From: Takakia lepidozioides
Taxonomy: Eukaryota > Plantae > Bryophyta
Assembly (NCBI GenBank): GCA_030704615.1
Contig: CM060732.1
Coordinates: 25,420,001-25,484,000, forward strand
Reading direction: 5' to 3'
DNA: 64,000 nucleotides
Part shown: in pieces, positions 13,847 to 26,077 of the stretch
How the letters are laid out: each line of letters opens with the position of its first letter
Position numbering within the stretch: the stretch's first letter is position 1
Program-made: the position numbers and the translations under genes
Notes under the pieces: generated by a model
Databases searched by the model: none
Seen by the model: the letters and a program-made list of their open reading frames with translations, nothing else
What the model was told of the DNA's origin: nothing

Positions 13847-15079
13847 ATCAAAGAAATCTAATTCATAGAAATCTAATCCCGACAATAGCTGGAAGGCGAA
13901 ATGACTTTTAGTTAAAGTGGGCTATGGCAAGAGTCTTATGATCCTTAAAATGCCCTAATTTGGAAAAGACTAAGAATGTTTAGAATGTGCATGTAGAAGT
14001 CTTGTATATGATATCCTTAAACAAGCAATTTAACCTTAATAGTTCTATGCAAAACGAGTAGCGCCATTTTTCATCCATGGGATAACTTGGATGAAGCTGG
14101 ATGAAATTGCCCATTGAGAACTACACTCTCAAAATTACAACACATTTTTTGTAAATATATATATTGTATGGTTTAGGATCTTTTGAAGGTGCGGGGACAT
14201 CTAATTTTTATGTCCCATGGGGTGTCTAGCATAGTTGACTTGCCCACGTGGTTGATGGGGTGTGCTTGGCAGGGTGTCTATTGGGTCGTTGGCTGCTTGC
14301 TACATGTTTGTTCATGCGGACAGCCCTAGCCACCTAGCGTTGTATACATGGTGGCGGTTGAGTGGCATAGTGCGTGCTCACAATGAGCCTCCATGATCTC
14401 CTTCTTGCCCCCCCCCCCCCCCCATGGCTACATTTTGAATCGTGTTGTTTGTGTCTGGGGGCTTTTGCAAGTGGTCTAGCAATGGTGTTGGACCGTGTGA
14501 TAGCTATGCTGTGGCATTTCCTTTTCTGCACACTTCAGTGCTCCTAAACCTTAGTCTGTTTGCGCAGGCGAATTGTCGGCCTATTGGTAGGCTAGACCGC
14601 GAATTGGCTGCTTATAATGGCTTAGAGCTCTCCCGTCTACCATGTTTTTTAGGTTGTTGTAACTTATAACAACATTTTGTCATTTTTTGCTTTAGTGCGT
14701 ATTCATATGTGTTTAGTGCCCTGATAGGTTTGTCGACACATTCTTAGACACACCTTTATGGCATGGAAAGGCGTCTTCAAGTGTTAGTTTATTTGGGGAT
14801 TATTTGGGGAGTTTTTGGGGGTTTGTGGGCTATTACTAAAGGGCGCATGCAGTAATGGCTTCCAATTGCAAGAAGGTTGAAGTATACCACCACCTGTTGC
14901 CATAATAATATTAATACAATGGGCTTTAGACCAATATTGGGCGGTTCTCTAGTTTGGGGTGAAAGAACCGCCAGTTCCGGACTCGGGTATATAACCCTCT
15001 TAACCTGGGGTATGAGACTCATCACAGTCCAATGGGGCCGTGGTGGGTGGGCCAAGACTCACCGCGACTCATCACCGGC

Positions 15080-15345
15080 ATGACTCCCACCACAAGATCT
15101 TCGCCCCATGGTGAGTCATATGCCACCCCCACTAAGACCCACTAAGCTACCACCACTCCTCGTGGACCCACCCCCACCGCAACCCGGTGTGCGGGGCTCC
15201 ACCTAGTGAGTGCCTCCGCCTCCTTGAGTGCCTTGGGCACACAAGGGTGCTTCAGCCCCCGTACCTATTGTTGCCACTGCCCCCACCACAGGGGCAGCCC
15301 CTCTTGTGTCCCGACCCCCCGCCCTCAAGGCAAAGGGCCGCGACA
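15080..15345 (-). repeat. 3' LTR (truncated)
   Basis: Near-identical to ~19713-19975 and ends ...GGGCCGCGACA. The PPT-like GTTGGTAGGGGTGTG lies on the minus strand at 15346-15360. Confidence 0.9.
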
Positions 15346-16199
15346 CACACCCCTACCAACAGGGAGTCGATGTCCTCATCGACTTGTCGATTTGTAGAAA
15401 CTAACATCCAAATTGTGGCGTCCCACATCAAGGAGTTTGTTTCCGTACCATGGCGTCCCATCGCAAAGAACCAAACCCCCGATTGACTCTACTCTCCACT
15501 AGCTAGTTCGACTGACTTCCTCCAAGTCCCGGCCAAGGGTGGAGCCTCTCAAGCTCCACCCAGTGCACTCTTCTTGGCCCACTTCAAGGCCAAGGAACAA
15601 TCCTCCTCGAGGATTGAATCGCCTTACTGCAACAACATTGCTTGCGACCGCTCATGATGCCGCTTTTGGTATCACCTTGAGCAAGGATTCATCTTGAACC
15701 CCTTTTTGACTAGGAAGATAACCTTGAACCAACCGCGCGCCCCAATCACTACAATTGGGTCCGCCTTGGAATTCTAGCCTGAGGTATGGGAACACGCCGA
15801 AGCCGCACTACGACTTCGTCCCGAGGTTACACGATTATAGTACGTGAACGGAAGCACGTAGCTTCCGCGTTAATCCGCACTACAAGGCAACCCCCTCGGT
15901 AGCGCAGTTGTAGTACACGCACATGCTAGGTGCGCACTAACACGTGAACTCCCAAAGAAGGCGCAAGTTTCCTTGCCCCTTGGATGGGAGTCACCCGATT
16001 TCGGCACTGCGCAAACACACGATTAATCCAATTTACCTCTCCCACTTTTGTACGCTAGCATGCATTCTATACACTAGCCAACCATACCATGCATCCCCAT
16101 TCCAAACAAAATAGAAAGCACGACATTTGGAAACCATTTAATTTATAAACAAAATTTGTGCAACCCAAGTTTTTGCAATCGGGATCCTGAGCTAGCTAA

Positions 16200-19198
16200 G
16201 CCGGACTAAGCATGCATTTCCTCCCCCACGATCCAAGGTTGATGCTTATACCGGAGCAGTCCATTGTGCAAGTGGAACTGCGATTTAACCCCCAACCTCA
16301 AGTCCCGCATCACGGCCTTCGCCATCTCATCCTTTCAGTAAGCCTTCCGGATCTTGCTTTGGAGCGCCGTCTCGCCCCAATACACCAACATGAGCTACTG
16401 CTTTCTACTTAAAGCATTGGCCACCACATTGTCCCGTCTTGGTTTGTACTGGATATCCACGTCGAACACTGCCAAAGTGTCTTGCCACCTAAGTTGTTTT
16501 GGGAACAACTTAGGCTGTGTGGCAAAATACTTCACCATGACATTGTCCGTGAACACCTTCACCGGGTTGGAATCAACATAGTGGCGCCAAAGCTCAAGGC
16601 AATGCACCACCGCCTTCATTTCTTTCTCGTGCGTAGGCCACCGTCACTCCACTTCATTCAGTTTCTTACTTTTGTAAGCCATTGGACGTCCATCCTGCAT
16701 GAGCACACCCCCAATTGCGAAGTCCGACGCATCTGTATGAATCTCAAATGAACAGTCAAACTCCGGGATTTTCAGGACTGGAGATTCCGCCATCCGCTAC
16801 TTCAACTCGGCAAAAGCTTGGCCATAAAAGGTGTTCCATACCCATACCTTGGACTTACACAGAAGGTCTGACAACGGCCCTGCGATCTTGGCGAAATTTC
16901 TCACATACTTTCGGTAATAGGAGGTGAGTCCTAGGAAGGATCACATTCCCGGGACCGAAGTCGGAGGCTCCCAGTCCAAGATCGCCCTCACCTTTCTGTC
17001 ATCCATTTTGATCTCATCCTGTGTAATCACATGCCCTAGGAACTCTACTTTTGTGACCCCGAATTTGCACTTTGAAGCTTTGGCATACAGCTTCCCTTCC
17101 CGCAATTTCTGGAACACCCTTTTGAGGTGCTCCGGTGCTCTTCCTTTGTTTTCGAGTACACCAAGATGTCGTCGATGTACACGATCACAAAGTCATCCAA
17201 CCACTGCTGAAAAAGGCTGTTCATTAGCGTGCTAAAGGTCGCGGGTGCGTTGGTGAGCCCTAAAGGCATCACCAAGAACTCATATGAACCATACCTTGTC
17301 CTGCACGCAGTCTTCTTCTCATCTCCTTCTGCCACTCGGATTTGATGGTAACTTGATCGCAAATCGATCCAGCTGAAAATACTTTGCTCCTGCCAACCGA
17401 TCGAAGAGGTCGTCGATCATTGGTAAAGGGTACCGGTTTCTGATAGTCATCTTATTCAAAGTCCTGTAATCGACACACATTCGCAGCGTCCCATCCTTCT
17501 TGTCTGCAAATAGCACAGGGGCTCCGTAAGGTGACTTACTCGGCTGGATGTACCTCTTTGACATTAGATCCTTGAGCTGGGCCTTCAGCTCAACCAACTC
17601 TCTGTGGCTCAACCGGTAGGACCGATCCCGACACCATATCCACACGGTAGCATGACTATTCTCTTGCGGCCATCTATGACCGCTCCGGATTTGCTCAAAA
17701 AGGTCATCCCCAAAATGGGATCCACTCCATCGATCTCGCAAATGGTGAAGTTCTCACGTCCCTCCCAACCCCCGAGCTGAAGAGGAACATCGAATGTTAA
17801 CCTCGTCGCCAGTTGTGGTTCTCCTTTAGCAGAACGCACTTCAATAGAGGCCCCCACATCACTTGTCGGGAACCCCAGCTTTCGTGCCGTTGTTGGTGTC
17901 ATGAAGGAGTGCGACGCTCATGTGTCCACCAACAACGACACGTTAGTTCCGGAAATTATCCCACTCACGAACATTAACTGACTCCCTTTACGCAAGAGGC
18001 CAGTCTCCTGATACAACTCACAAGAGTAGTTGCCTACCTTGCAAGTCTTGGCAACCGTCGCTTCCACCAAGCTGCTGATGGAATCTTTGGACAGCTCCGT
18101 GGTCACCCGAATCATGTTCAATTGTCGGGGTTTTGTGTACTTCTTGGCCATGTGCCCGAGCTCCCTACAATTAAAGCATACTCCATCGAAGGTCGCCTTC
18201 TGTCCGCCATAAGCCGTTGCACCTGATTTTCCTTTCGGAGCACCAAGTGCCGCCTTGACGTATGAAGGCCCTCCCTTCGATTTCCATGTGCCATTGTCGC
18301 CGCGTGGCCTATCCCACTTCTTTTCCGGTCGGAAGGAGTCACCCTCCTGCCGGGTCTTCTTGTGGTTCAGCTCCGTACGGTCTTATCTTTCGCCCCTAGG
18401 GACATCCGAGAAACATTCAGCCATTTCAATTGCCTCGTTCAAAGTCTTAGGTGGCTTCTCCTCCAACTTCCACCTGGCCCATGGGGCCAGTCCCGCCACA
18501 AAGTTGAAGACCATTTCTGGTTCTGCCATATCCGCGACTTCGAGCAACAGCACATTGAAAGCCTGAACATATCCCCGAATGTCATCCGTTTGCTTCAAAT
18601 TCCTCATCTTATCCCGGGAGAGCCAGGACACGTTGAGGGGCACAAACTGTCTTTTAATAAGTTCCTTGAACCCCCTCCAACTCAAGGTTTCTGGGTTTAG
18701 ACCTTGGTCATGAAGGCATTTCTGCCACCATTGTTGAGCATAGCCCCTCAAATAGGTGGGAGTCACTTCCACCCGATCCTCGTTACTCAACTTGGCCGCC
18801 TGGAAGTACTGCTCTAGCTCCAAGAGCCAGGTGTTGAGTGCTTTCCGATTTCAGATGCCCTCAAAGGTGTCGGCTTCCTTAGGTTTCACCTTAAACTTTG
18901 CCTTAGTGGAAGTGGCATTAGCCGCCCTCAACATGTCTTTCAACGACCCGCCAAACTGCGCCAACAACCCTTCCCAAAAGGCTCCTGGCATGGGAGACAT
19001 CTGTTGGTTTGGCGGAGCCTCCGGGAAGTCCTCGGGCTTCGACTCCCAAAATTCCTCCCGTTCTTGAGCGGCCTCACCTTCAGAAGCATGAATCGCCTCT
19101 TCCAATTGCCGCTTCAGTGACACGTCGCCCCCGCCGGGCTCACCAGGATCATCATCTTTCGAGCCGTTCCGCTTTCGCTTTGTCTTGCCCGACCCCAT
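16200..19198 (-). pseudogene. gag-pol pseudogene (Gag, CCHC knuckle, aspartic protease, RT, RNase H)
   Basis: Gag at 18383-19198; CFNCRELGH (~18160); LLVDT*ASHSF; [31 protein letters not shown]; CLELWRHY..TDN..NVVANALSRK. Multiple frameshifts and stops. Confidence 0.92.
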
Positions 19199-19241
19199 GA
19201 TGAGGCCGATCTCAAGGACGATCGCGTACTGAACTCTAAGA

Positions 19242-19251
19242 TCTGATACCA
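19242..19251 (-). promoter_or_regulatory. Primer binding site (tRNA-iMet type)
   Basis: TGGTATCAGA on the minus strand, 2 nt inside the LTR edge. Confidence 0.85.
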
Positions 19252-19253
19252 AG

Positions 19254-19975
19254 TGTCGCGCACCTCACTTCGATAAGCTCCCCTTCAAGTCATAGTTACT
19301 TGCTTTGATGCACGCGCCTAACTCCCAACTTGGCCGTCGGGCCAACTCGGAGCTTCGGCTGCTCACCGGGACATAACGGTCCCCCTTTGCTCCTCCACCA
19401 GACCCTCGCTCACTTTGGGCCTAGTGGAAATTCCCTTTGGTTGTTGGCAGTTCGGAATAGCTCCCCACACCTTGGTCGCTTTCCGGCTCGTACGCTTACT
19501 CACTAGTTTTTGGTCACTAACAGGCTTGTACCGTTCTCGGGGTTATCACTCCCTATATATACTTCTGTGACAGTCCGCGGGGGTTTCCCAAACAACCCAG
19601 TCATTTTATGGCGAACCACCACAAAAACCCTCGATTCCTGGTGATGAGTCACGGTGAGTCTTGGCCCACCCACCACGGCCCCATTGGACCGTGATGAGTC
19701 CCAAGACTCCCCACGACTCCCACCACAAGGTCTTCGGCCCATGGTGAGTCCTATGCCACCCCCACTAAGACCCACTAAGCTACCACCACACCTCATGGAC
19801 CCACCCCCACCGCAACCCGGTGTGCGGGGCTCCACCTAGTGAGTGCCTCCGCCACATTGAGTGCCTTGGGCACTCAAGGGTACTTCAGCCCCCGTACCTA
19901 TTGTTGCCACTACCCCCACCACAGGGGCAGCCCAACTTGTGTCCCGACCCCCCCTCAAGGCAAAGGGCCGCGACA
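19254..19975 (-). repeat. 5' LTR (722 bp)
   Basis: TGTCGCG...CGCGACA inverted termini, adjacent PBS and internal TATATAT. Confidence 0.9.
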
Positions 19976-20031
19976 CTAGGCTATGTGGTTGTGCCTAACA
20001 ATTCTTTCACAACTCTACGGTTTTTGTATGT

Positions 20032-20735
20032 CGTCGCGGCCGTTTACCTTGAGGATAGGGACTCAGGACAGAAAATGGGTTGTCCATTTGTTGGGGTTAG
20101 CGGCAACAATGGGAGTGGGGGCCTAAGGCACTCAAGAGGGCGGAGGCACTCACTAATTGGAGCCTCGCAGCCGGGTTGCAGTCGGGACTCCGAGTGGGGT
20201 AGTCATAGTATAGAGAGTCGTCGTGGGGATGGCATATGACTCACCCCGGGGCTAAGGCCTTGTGGTGGGAATCGTGGAGAGTTTTGGGGCTCACTACAGA
20301 CCAATGTCGTGTTTTGGGGCTGTGGTGGGTGGGGTAAGGCTCACCGCAACTCATCACATGGAGTCGAGGTACACGGTGATGGCTCACCAAAAAAGACGGG
20401 GGCTATTTGTGAAACCCTCACCGACACCTACAGAGATATATATAGGGACTAGTAACCCCAAGAACAGTGCAAGCCCATTAAGCAACCAGAAGCTAGTAAA
20501 GCAAGCGAGCGAGTTGGAAAGCGACTAAATGTGAGGAGTTAGTCCAAACTGCCTTCAACCAATAGGGATTTCCACCTCACCCGAGTGGTTGGGGGTCATG
20601 AGAGGGGGGACCATTAGGTCCAAGTGAACAACCAAGCTCTCTGTGGGCCAAGCGGCCAGTTTGGGAATTAGGCGCACGCATCAAAACGAGGAACTATGAC
20701 TTAAAAAGAAGTTTACTAAAGTTAGGTGCACAACA
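20032..20735 (+). mobile_element. Solo LTR of the same family, opposite orientation
   Basis: Diverged reverse complement of 19254-19975 over its full length (CGTCGCGGCC...GGTGCACAACA). Flanks TATGT / TATGA fit a 5-bp TSD with one mismatch. Confidence 0.85.
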
Positions 20736-21204
20736 TATGACATGGCATTGCTTGACACTTGAGCAACTGCCACAATGAGATTAAATTGTAAGGGTTTGCC
20801 CCTACCTTGACATGCTTGAAAGAAAGCAATAAAACAACAAAAAAAAAACTCTTGGTTCAAAATGCACAGCTCTTGACAGATTGTTGCAGTTTTGTGGTAG
20901 GAACACAAATGACGTGTTCCACGATTCCATATGCAGCTTGACCAATATTGGAGCCAAATTCAAGTATGATCATGAGACGATTTGTAGGGAATGTCAGAAT
21001 GCAAATTTTCTTTCGTGCTTGTGCATGTGCAATACCAAAAAAATGCTTATTTGTTGCATACAACACACATGAAAAGACATATGGCAATGTACGGCATAAT
21101 GTGCCAAAAAGTGGACCGCAAGCGAAAAACTCTAAGTTGAGTGACTGATTAGACAAAAAAACGCGAAAAACGAATCAAAATTGTTGATGAAGGGTCGATA
21201 CGGG

Positions 21205-21990
21205 CGTCTGTTGATGGATATTCGGCGCCGTTTTTCCATCCTACAAATGATCTCTTTCGGCCACTCCCCCCGAGACGACTCCATCCATGCGGCCTTGGAT
21301 GGAAATACGGCGCCGTTTTTCCATCCGAGGGATATTCTCTGTCGGCTAGATGTCGGTCTCTCCCCCCGAGACGACTTCATCCGACGGGCCTCGTCTGGAA
21401 ATTCGGCGCCGTTTTTCCATCCGTGGGATGTTCTCTGTCGGCCAAGTGTTGGTCTCTCCCCCCGAGACGACTTCATCCGACGGGCCTCGAATGGAAATTC
21501 GGCGCCGTTTTTCCATCCGAGGGATATTCTCTGTCGGCCAGATGTCCGCCTCTCCCCCCGAGACGACTTCATCCGAACGACCTCGGATGGAAATTCGGCG
21601 CCGTTTTTCCATCCGGGGGATATTCTCTGTCGGCCAGGTGACGGTCTCTCCCCCCGAGACGACTTCATCCGACGGGCCTCGAATGGAAATTCGGCGCCGT
21701 TTTTCCATCTGGGGGATGTTCTCTGTCGGGCAGGTGTCGTCCTCTCCCCACGAGACGACTTCATCCGAACGGCCTCGGATGGAAATTCGGCGCCGTTTTT
21801 CCATCCGATGGCTATTCTCTGTCGGCCAGGTGTCGGCCTCTCCCCCCGAGACGACTTCATCCGACGAGCCTCGTATGGAAATTCGGCGCCGTTTTTCCAT
21901 CCGGGGGATATTCTCTGTCGACCTCTCCCCCCGAGACAACTTCATCCGAACGGCCTCGGACGGAAATTCGGCGCCGTTTATCCATCCGAG
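21205..21990. repeat. Tandem repeat, 96-bp unit, about 8 copies, palindromic core
   Basis: GGAAATWCGGCGCCG recurs at 21301, 21397, 21493, 21589, 21685, 21781, 21877 and 21962 (last interval shortened). Confidence 0.95.
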
Positions 21991-24900
21991 GAATCTGAAA
22001 TTTAATTTGGCTATTGCACACCATTTGACGGCTAGTTTTTGAGCAATCTTGGAAATGACTGAATGGATGTGCTAGGGACTTGGGATGTGCATTAGAGCTT
22101 GCATTCCAATCTTTGTGATCGATGCCACAAAAATGATACACCATTTATGTCCCCAATGTCATGGGACACATCTGTGTCTTGACTTACTTGCTGGCGTAGG
22201 TCTTAAGACCCATTGCAATCGGGCAATGTGACTCTTTCGTAGGCTAGTATTTTCGGTGACAACTCCTGCGTACTTGTTTTGTTCTTCAATTTGTGGCATG
22301 TGTGGAAGGGCTTGGCCATCCTATTTGTTGCGGTATGTATTGTTCGGCAAAGATGTGTGTGTGTAGTACGTGGGTTGGGTGAGTGGATTGTGGATTCATG
22401 TGCTATACTACAATGGGTTGCAGTTTGCAATTTCGCTTATTGGAGAGAGGGGTGGGTGTTTGAAGGGAGGGGAGGCTTTTGCAAGTGGTTGTTCATGGGT
22501 TGCATATGATGGGTGGACGGTTGGGGTGTATGGGGGTAATTTTCATCAACTTAGGAGGGCCGGGGTCGGTGTTTGAGGGTGCATATAATAGAGAACTTTC
22601 CATTTCGGAGGGGAGGGGAGGGGACTGTGTGCATTAAGGGCAAATGAGCCCCCAATAGTTATTGGCTATTATGTGTGACCAAGATTTTCCCCCATGTTCT
22701 GAAATATTCATGTGAGAATGCCCTCCAGACTCAGAATCTATGGCACCTTGGAGGGGACTTTTGACTCCACTTGGAGAATTGCATTTTGATTTTGGTATAA
22801 TCTGCCAAATGTACCGGTGGAATTTGTCAAAAATTTGTGAGCATGTGGATGTAGCATGTGGAGATGTGTTTGTATAGTTCATCCTTGTGGATGAAAGGGG
22901 GTTAGAAAGTTAGAGCATCATCTGTCAAGGTATGTACTCCGTTGGCGCGACTTTAGCTAGGCAGATTAAAGGTGAAGTATGCACATATTTGATAGATGTC
23001 CTTATGTGATAGCTAGTTAGTAGTCTTACATAGAAACAGTTGGAAGCACCCACGCGATCAAGGGATTGACTTAGGGTATGAGTCTTGTAGAAAAATTTCC
23101 CTATGGTGGGTGAGAGAAGAAGGACAATAAAAAAAAATACAATGCCAATCCAAATAGAGAGGGGCAACTAAACCGTGGATGATAGCAAAATGAATGGTTG
23201 GTTTGGACGGGTTCCAATAAGTGTACATATATAGAAGAGACTTTGGCAAATTATATAAATATTGATGTGACTTCAAATGTAAATTAATAAGCGGCTAGTC
23301 ACGTATGGCTCCTCTTTGTGAATAGTGAAATGAGTCTACTTTCATCCATAATAAGCTTTGAAAATTCATCCATTTATTCTTCAAATTATTCAGTAAGAGA
23401 GATGTTACTTGAGGGAAGTGTTACCTGGAGAAGGCACATGAGGAAGTAGTTTTCAGGAAAGGAGAGGAGGTCCTGGGAAAGCTACAAGAGGGGCTTAGCG
23501 ATTTAAGCCAATGAAGTTCTATTGGTCTTGAGTGTGATAGTGGTGGGCAGAGATAAAAATAGGGAAGCTATCTCTTGACTTGGAGTTGAATTGAAAGTTG
23601 ATATTCTGAGAGCATATTCTGAGAGCAATCGCCCGGACATAAGTTATATGAAGGAATGAGTGAAACATTATAAGAGGTACCTCCAATGCACTTCATTATC
23701 TAAATATAAAGCACTGCTCGAAAATTCCCTTTGCAAAGCCTCGTAGTCATGACAGGAAGTTTGACGGTCCAAGAGGGTTCAAACTTTCACTTACCCAACA
23801 GTCTTGGCCCCACTTTGGAGTCCGGGAAAGAGGACACCTAATTGCTACGCAACCAAGAGTTTAGTTTCCTGGATTTGAGAGTCATGCCATGGGGCGGAGC
23901 ATCCTCGAAAATCTAGGAACATTCGCCTGTCATAAAGTAAAGCTCAAAAATTTCCCCTTGCCCTTCCGAATTATGAGGAAGTCCCGGGCTTAAGGCTGTA
24001 ATCCGGAATCGCTTGGGGGCCAAGCAACGCAATACATCCGCAGGATATTCTGGCATAAGTCAGATTCTACTTATGAGCTTGAGCAACCTGGGACTCTCTG
24101 CTTGGGATGTAAAGTACATGATGTGAGGCACGAACACTCAAAGTTTGAACCTTTTTCACCAAATCCTTGAAGCTGACTTGCTGGTGTCACTTTGGTTGTG
24201 TTATTGGGCCCACATGACGCTGGAACCCAACCTTACTGTCAATAATTCTGGCCCCTCACACAAGGGTCCAGCAAGAAGGAACCTCTACACACTTTTACGT
24301 ATCACAAGAACTGTAATGCTCACACTTTTCATGCACTATTGTGCACAACATATTATAGTCCTGGCAAAAAGTTGTAGGGCCCCTTTGGCTCTAGAGACTA
24401 GGTATGCGTGCATTGGTTCCAACTCCTGCAATTCGGTTGTTGGAAGAGAAGGAAATTCTAGGTGGATGGAGGGAGTTCTTCGGGGTCCTAGGTAGAGTTT
24501 CGATCCTCAAAGGTTGGGATTCCTCAACGACCCACTATGTCGTCTTTGACGAGGTTGTCTTATTTGGTGGATCCCACTTCTCTCTAGTGGGGCCGGTTCT
24601 GACATGTAGCTGACGTGCAATAGGCATGCGGTGAACAATAAGCATGATCATCACCAACTGACAATGTACTCAAATATCTATTAAAAGCTTGGAAGACTGG
24701 TTCCCAACATCTTTAGTATGCTCTGCTTGCTTGATGAAACATCCTTGTCGGCATTCAAGTGGCATCATTCTAAATCTGAAGTTTCTCCAACGCAAAATGA
24801 AGTAATCACGTAGTTGCTCAGCTAATTCAGATCAAGACGGGTCAACTTCTACCACCCTGGACCTTTCTTTTGTTAAACTGCCTCCAGTTAATGTGTATCA

Positions 24901-25578
24901 AAGCTTCCCGCTCTTATGCTCGGCATGAATACTTATTCTAGTCGTTGATGTGTTGTATAAGTATCCATCCTAGGCCTTTGGCATTCAATTTCTACCCAAG
25001 AGATTTAGTGTCCTTTGTGAGTTTAAACTTTGATGTCATAATGTTACACGATAGTGCCACCCTTAAGGACTGCTACTTTTATCTCACTCCGGATAGAAGT
25101 ACAGTTATTTTAAACTACTTTTTACTACTTTTTACTACTTTTTAACTACTTTTTAACAGCTCTCAGACTTTATATTAGAACATAAAATTCAAGTGCAGTC
25201 CAGTTATTTACTCTTCCATTGACTCACATTGAATTTTGCAGGCTGGGACTAGGATCCCTTCGTTTTATACCCAAACTAATAACTAACGTATGACTGGAAA
25301 CTATTCAATAAACAAGTAAGCTAGCATCATGTGGGTTTCCAATGTGAGCAGAAATCTGGTGGCGAAGCTTGGCGGCTATGGCTGACAGGTTCGGGCAAGA
25401 ACACGGACGGGAGAGCGGCCCACCCAGGTTGCCAGCGGGGATGGGCAAACGTGGAGAGCTCGGGAGGAAGGAGATGGGGAAAAGCAGCTGCCAAGAGGTA
25501 TGGGGATAGGCCTGGGAGGTGATAGAGGCATGCCAGGATGGTGGGGACGGTGAGTGATTGGGTGAGCCTACACAGTAC

Positions 25579-25591
25579 TATATATATAAAA
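25579..25591 (+). promoter_or_regulatory. Candidate TATA box for the glyoxal oxidase gene
   Basis: TATATATATAAAA about 490 bp upstream of the ATG, followed by a CT-rich tract. A possible 5'-UTR intron acceptor TTATCAG ends at 26069. Confidence 0.35.
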
Positions 25592-26077
25592 CGCTGGAAC
25601 ACAAAGTAGGACGCATGACATTGACGACAGCTCTTCTGTGAGCGGTGCAGCTGAGAAAGTGTTGATCCCTTGGCCCTCCTTCTGCCCTCTGCGCTGCAGC
25701 CAATCCTGCCAGGGCTCTCTCTCTCTCTAGTTATCCCTTTCCTTTTCCCCGTGGACGTTAATACCATTCATACATGTCCTATATTGACTCAATTATCGTC
25801 TTCCTCCATAGACGCTCTAGATAGCACTGTCCGAAGTTTGGACACTAGAGAGTGAGAGTGCATCTTTGGCCACTGTAAGAAATCATCTGGATTTTCTGAT
25901 ATATCATTTAGAGTCTGAGAGAGGGAGAGAGCACCTGACTCACTTCTTTGGGTCGCGTTTGGCTGTGAGTTGAGGGCTGTGAGAGGGGGACTTAGACCAG
26001 TGATCCAGCAAAGTTTTATGTACACTGCCATATGCCGTCTTCGATTAGTTTGATTTAAGCGGTTATCAGTGAAAACA

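Larger units (their letters stand above)
15015..19975 (-). mobile_element. Ty3/gypsy chromovirus-type (Galadriel-like) LTR retrotransposon, integrase deleted, 3' LTR truncated
   Basis: Has a 5' LTR, an iMet PBS, gag-PR-RT-RH in order, a PPT and a partial 3' LTR. PKEADTFEG..LELEQYF and PKQLRWQDTLA resemble Galadriel-type elements; the clade call is from memory of motifs. Confidence 0.9.

Noticed and set aside
21132-22042. Long ORFs of 199-274 aa on both strands
   Set aside because: They arise from a stop-poor 96-bp (32-codon) tandem unit that is open in several frames at once, with no gene context.
26069-26077. ORF-track GTG start for GLOX
   Set aside because: The gene is eukaryotic, and the ATG at 26078 has the plant AACAATGGC context.
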